Assembly: GCA_947626975.1 (NCBI GenBank)
Contig: CANQUF010000005.1
Span: forward strand, 234-64,233
From: an uncultured Clostridia bacterium
GTDB lineage: Bacteria > Bacillota > Clostridia > TANB77 > CAG-465
Reading direction: 5' to 3'
DNA length: 64,000 nt
The position numbers and the translations under genes were made by a program. Shown here one piece after another: positions 62,899-64,000 of this stretch. Below the pieces are notes generated by a model. The model was not told where the DNA came from. It saw only the letters and a list, made by a program, of their open reading frames with translations, and ran no database searches. How positions within the stretch are numbered: the first letter of the stretch is position 1; each line of letters begins with the position of its first letter.

Positions 62899-63406
62899 AT
62901 GCCTCTATGGCGGTATTTTCACTTTATCATTTCTTCTCTTAATTATTATTTTAACCGTCGCTAGTATTAAGTTTTATAATTATGTTTATAGAAAAAAAAG
63001 GCTTAATAAGTGTTTAGTACAAATTAATAATTTATTAGATTCAAATTTAAAACTAAAAAATGATTTATTAAATATTATAAATAAATATATGAAATCAGAA
63101 CAAACGTTAATAACCTCACTTAATAAAATAGAAGAAGATTACAAAAATGCAAATAAATTAAATTCTAAAATAGAAAATATAAAATTATTATATACTAACT
63201 TTTCATCAATAATTGCAATAGCAGAGGCCTACCCAAATTTAATAAAAGATCCTGATTTTATATCTTTTAAAAATAACTTACAAAATACTAAATCTAAAAC
63301 AATAGAAAAGCTTAAATTATATAATAATCTATTAACGCCTTATATTAATTTAAGTAATAAAAATAAACAAATAACTAATGATTTTATTGAATTAATTTCA
63401 CTATAA
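62899..63406 (+). CDS. LemA-family protein, apparent +1 frame discontinuity just after the start codon
   Basis: AGGTGA SD plus ATG 62899 opens a frame that stops after 21 codons. The LemA frame (open from 62894, no canonical start before ATG 63089) encodes the expected TM (GGIFTLSFLLLIIILTVASI) and the LemA core (IAEAYPNLIKDPDFISFKNNLQNT...YNN). Confidence 0.55.
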
Positions 63407-63440
63407 TATAATGAAAATTACTTTTATGTAGAGGTGCAAA

Positions 63441-64000
63441 ATGAATAAAATATATATATATGTAGAGAACACTTATAAAGAAGATTGTATAAAATATGGA
63501 ATAAAATTATCTGAACATGCAAATAAAATTATAAAATATAATAAACGTGAAAAACGAGGAATTAAGGGATTCTTATCTCCGAAAGATTCTGATTTATATT
63601 TTGATAAAAATTTTACATGTCTAACTATAAAAAATGATAAATTAAATATTTTAATTATTAATGATATAGAGGATTCTGATTCATATAATAATAATTTTAT
63701 AGTTGATATAAAAAAATATAATTTAGGAGATTTTGAGAATCCTATTGCTTTTATTTATTCATCAATTTTACCTGAAAACATAAGTGAATATAACAAAGAA
63801 AAAGATTTTCCATTATTAATTGAAAATTCAAAAGAATTTTACTATAAAAAATCTATTTCTACAATGTTAGAGAGTAATATGTTTTCTGACTTAGAGATTT
63901 ATCAATTATTATTGTTACTTGGTGAAAAGAAGAACATTTTTAATGTCACTAATATAAATAATAAATTAAAAATATATGAAGATGTAATTTCAAGAGATAG
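63441..64000 (+). CDS. hypothetical protein, 5' part (runs off the window)
   Basis: GAGGTG SD plus ATG 63441. 186 codons stay open to the window edge (MNKIYIYVENTYKEDCIKYGIKLSEH...). Confidence 0.55.
   Translation, partial: MNKIYIYVENTYKEDCIKYGIKLSEHANKIIKYNKREKRGIKGFLSPKDSDLYFDKNFTCLTIKNDKLNILIINDIEDSDSYNNNFIVDIKKYNLGDFENPIAFIYSSILPENISEYNKEKDFPLLIENSKEFYYKKSISTMLESNMFSDLEIYQLLLLLGEKKNIFNVTNINNKLKIYEDVISRD

Overview
Very AT-rich, low-GC Firmicutes (Clostridia-like) chromosomal window, read with the standard bacterial code. The taxon is an inference from gene content and protein motifs. No rRNA, tRNA or CRISPR array was seen.

Conserved core genes are almost all on the minus strand: rpoB-rpoC, rpsL-rpsG-fusA-tuf, acpP, rnc, htpG, a split transketolase, a TcdA-like ThiF protein, rsmA/ksgA and a YabE-like lytic transglycosylase. 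Their usual synteny is broken by accessory blocks:
- **1-9 kb:** a decayed mobile/defence island. It holds AbiEi with a nonsense-interrupted AbiEii, a NUDIX hydrolase, a ComB-like phosphatase, a RhuM fragment, a signal-less S8-peptidase-like gene with a small partner, a TnpV pseudogene and a DUF4143 AAA ATPase.
- **8.1-19.8 kb:** a 3350-aa surface protein with an N-terminal dockerin, six Ig/FN3-like modules and six beta-helix modules. A membrane-anchored cohesin-like protein is encoded directly upstream.
- **19.8-21.5 kb:** a 1.7 kb gene-poor stretch with a perfect 34-bp palindrome, next to an orphan beta-CASP nuclease.
- **37.1-38.8 kb:** a sortase B plus substrate pair sits between acpP and rnc.
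- **43.9-48.1 kb:** about 4 kb inserted between rpsL and rpoC. It carries MntA plus a HepT broken by a 13-bp tandem duplication, an IS91-like fragment, an XRE regulator and a transglutaminase-like protein.
- **56.2-59.7 kb:** a four-gene type IV secretion-like operon (coupling-protein ATPase, VirB2-like pilin, VirB6-like, PrgI/VirB3-like). It has no VirB4, relaxase or integrase, and its first gene is split at an A7 run.

A recurring theme is in-frame TAA codons and frameshifts confined to accessory and toxin genes, while the long housekeeping ORFs are intact. Which of these blocks, if any, is a new system cannot be decided from sequence alone. The best candidates are the orphan T4SS-like operon, the cohesin/dockerin giant-protein locus and the cytoplasmic S8-like pair.
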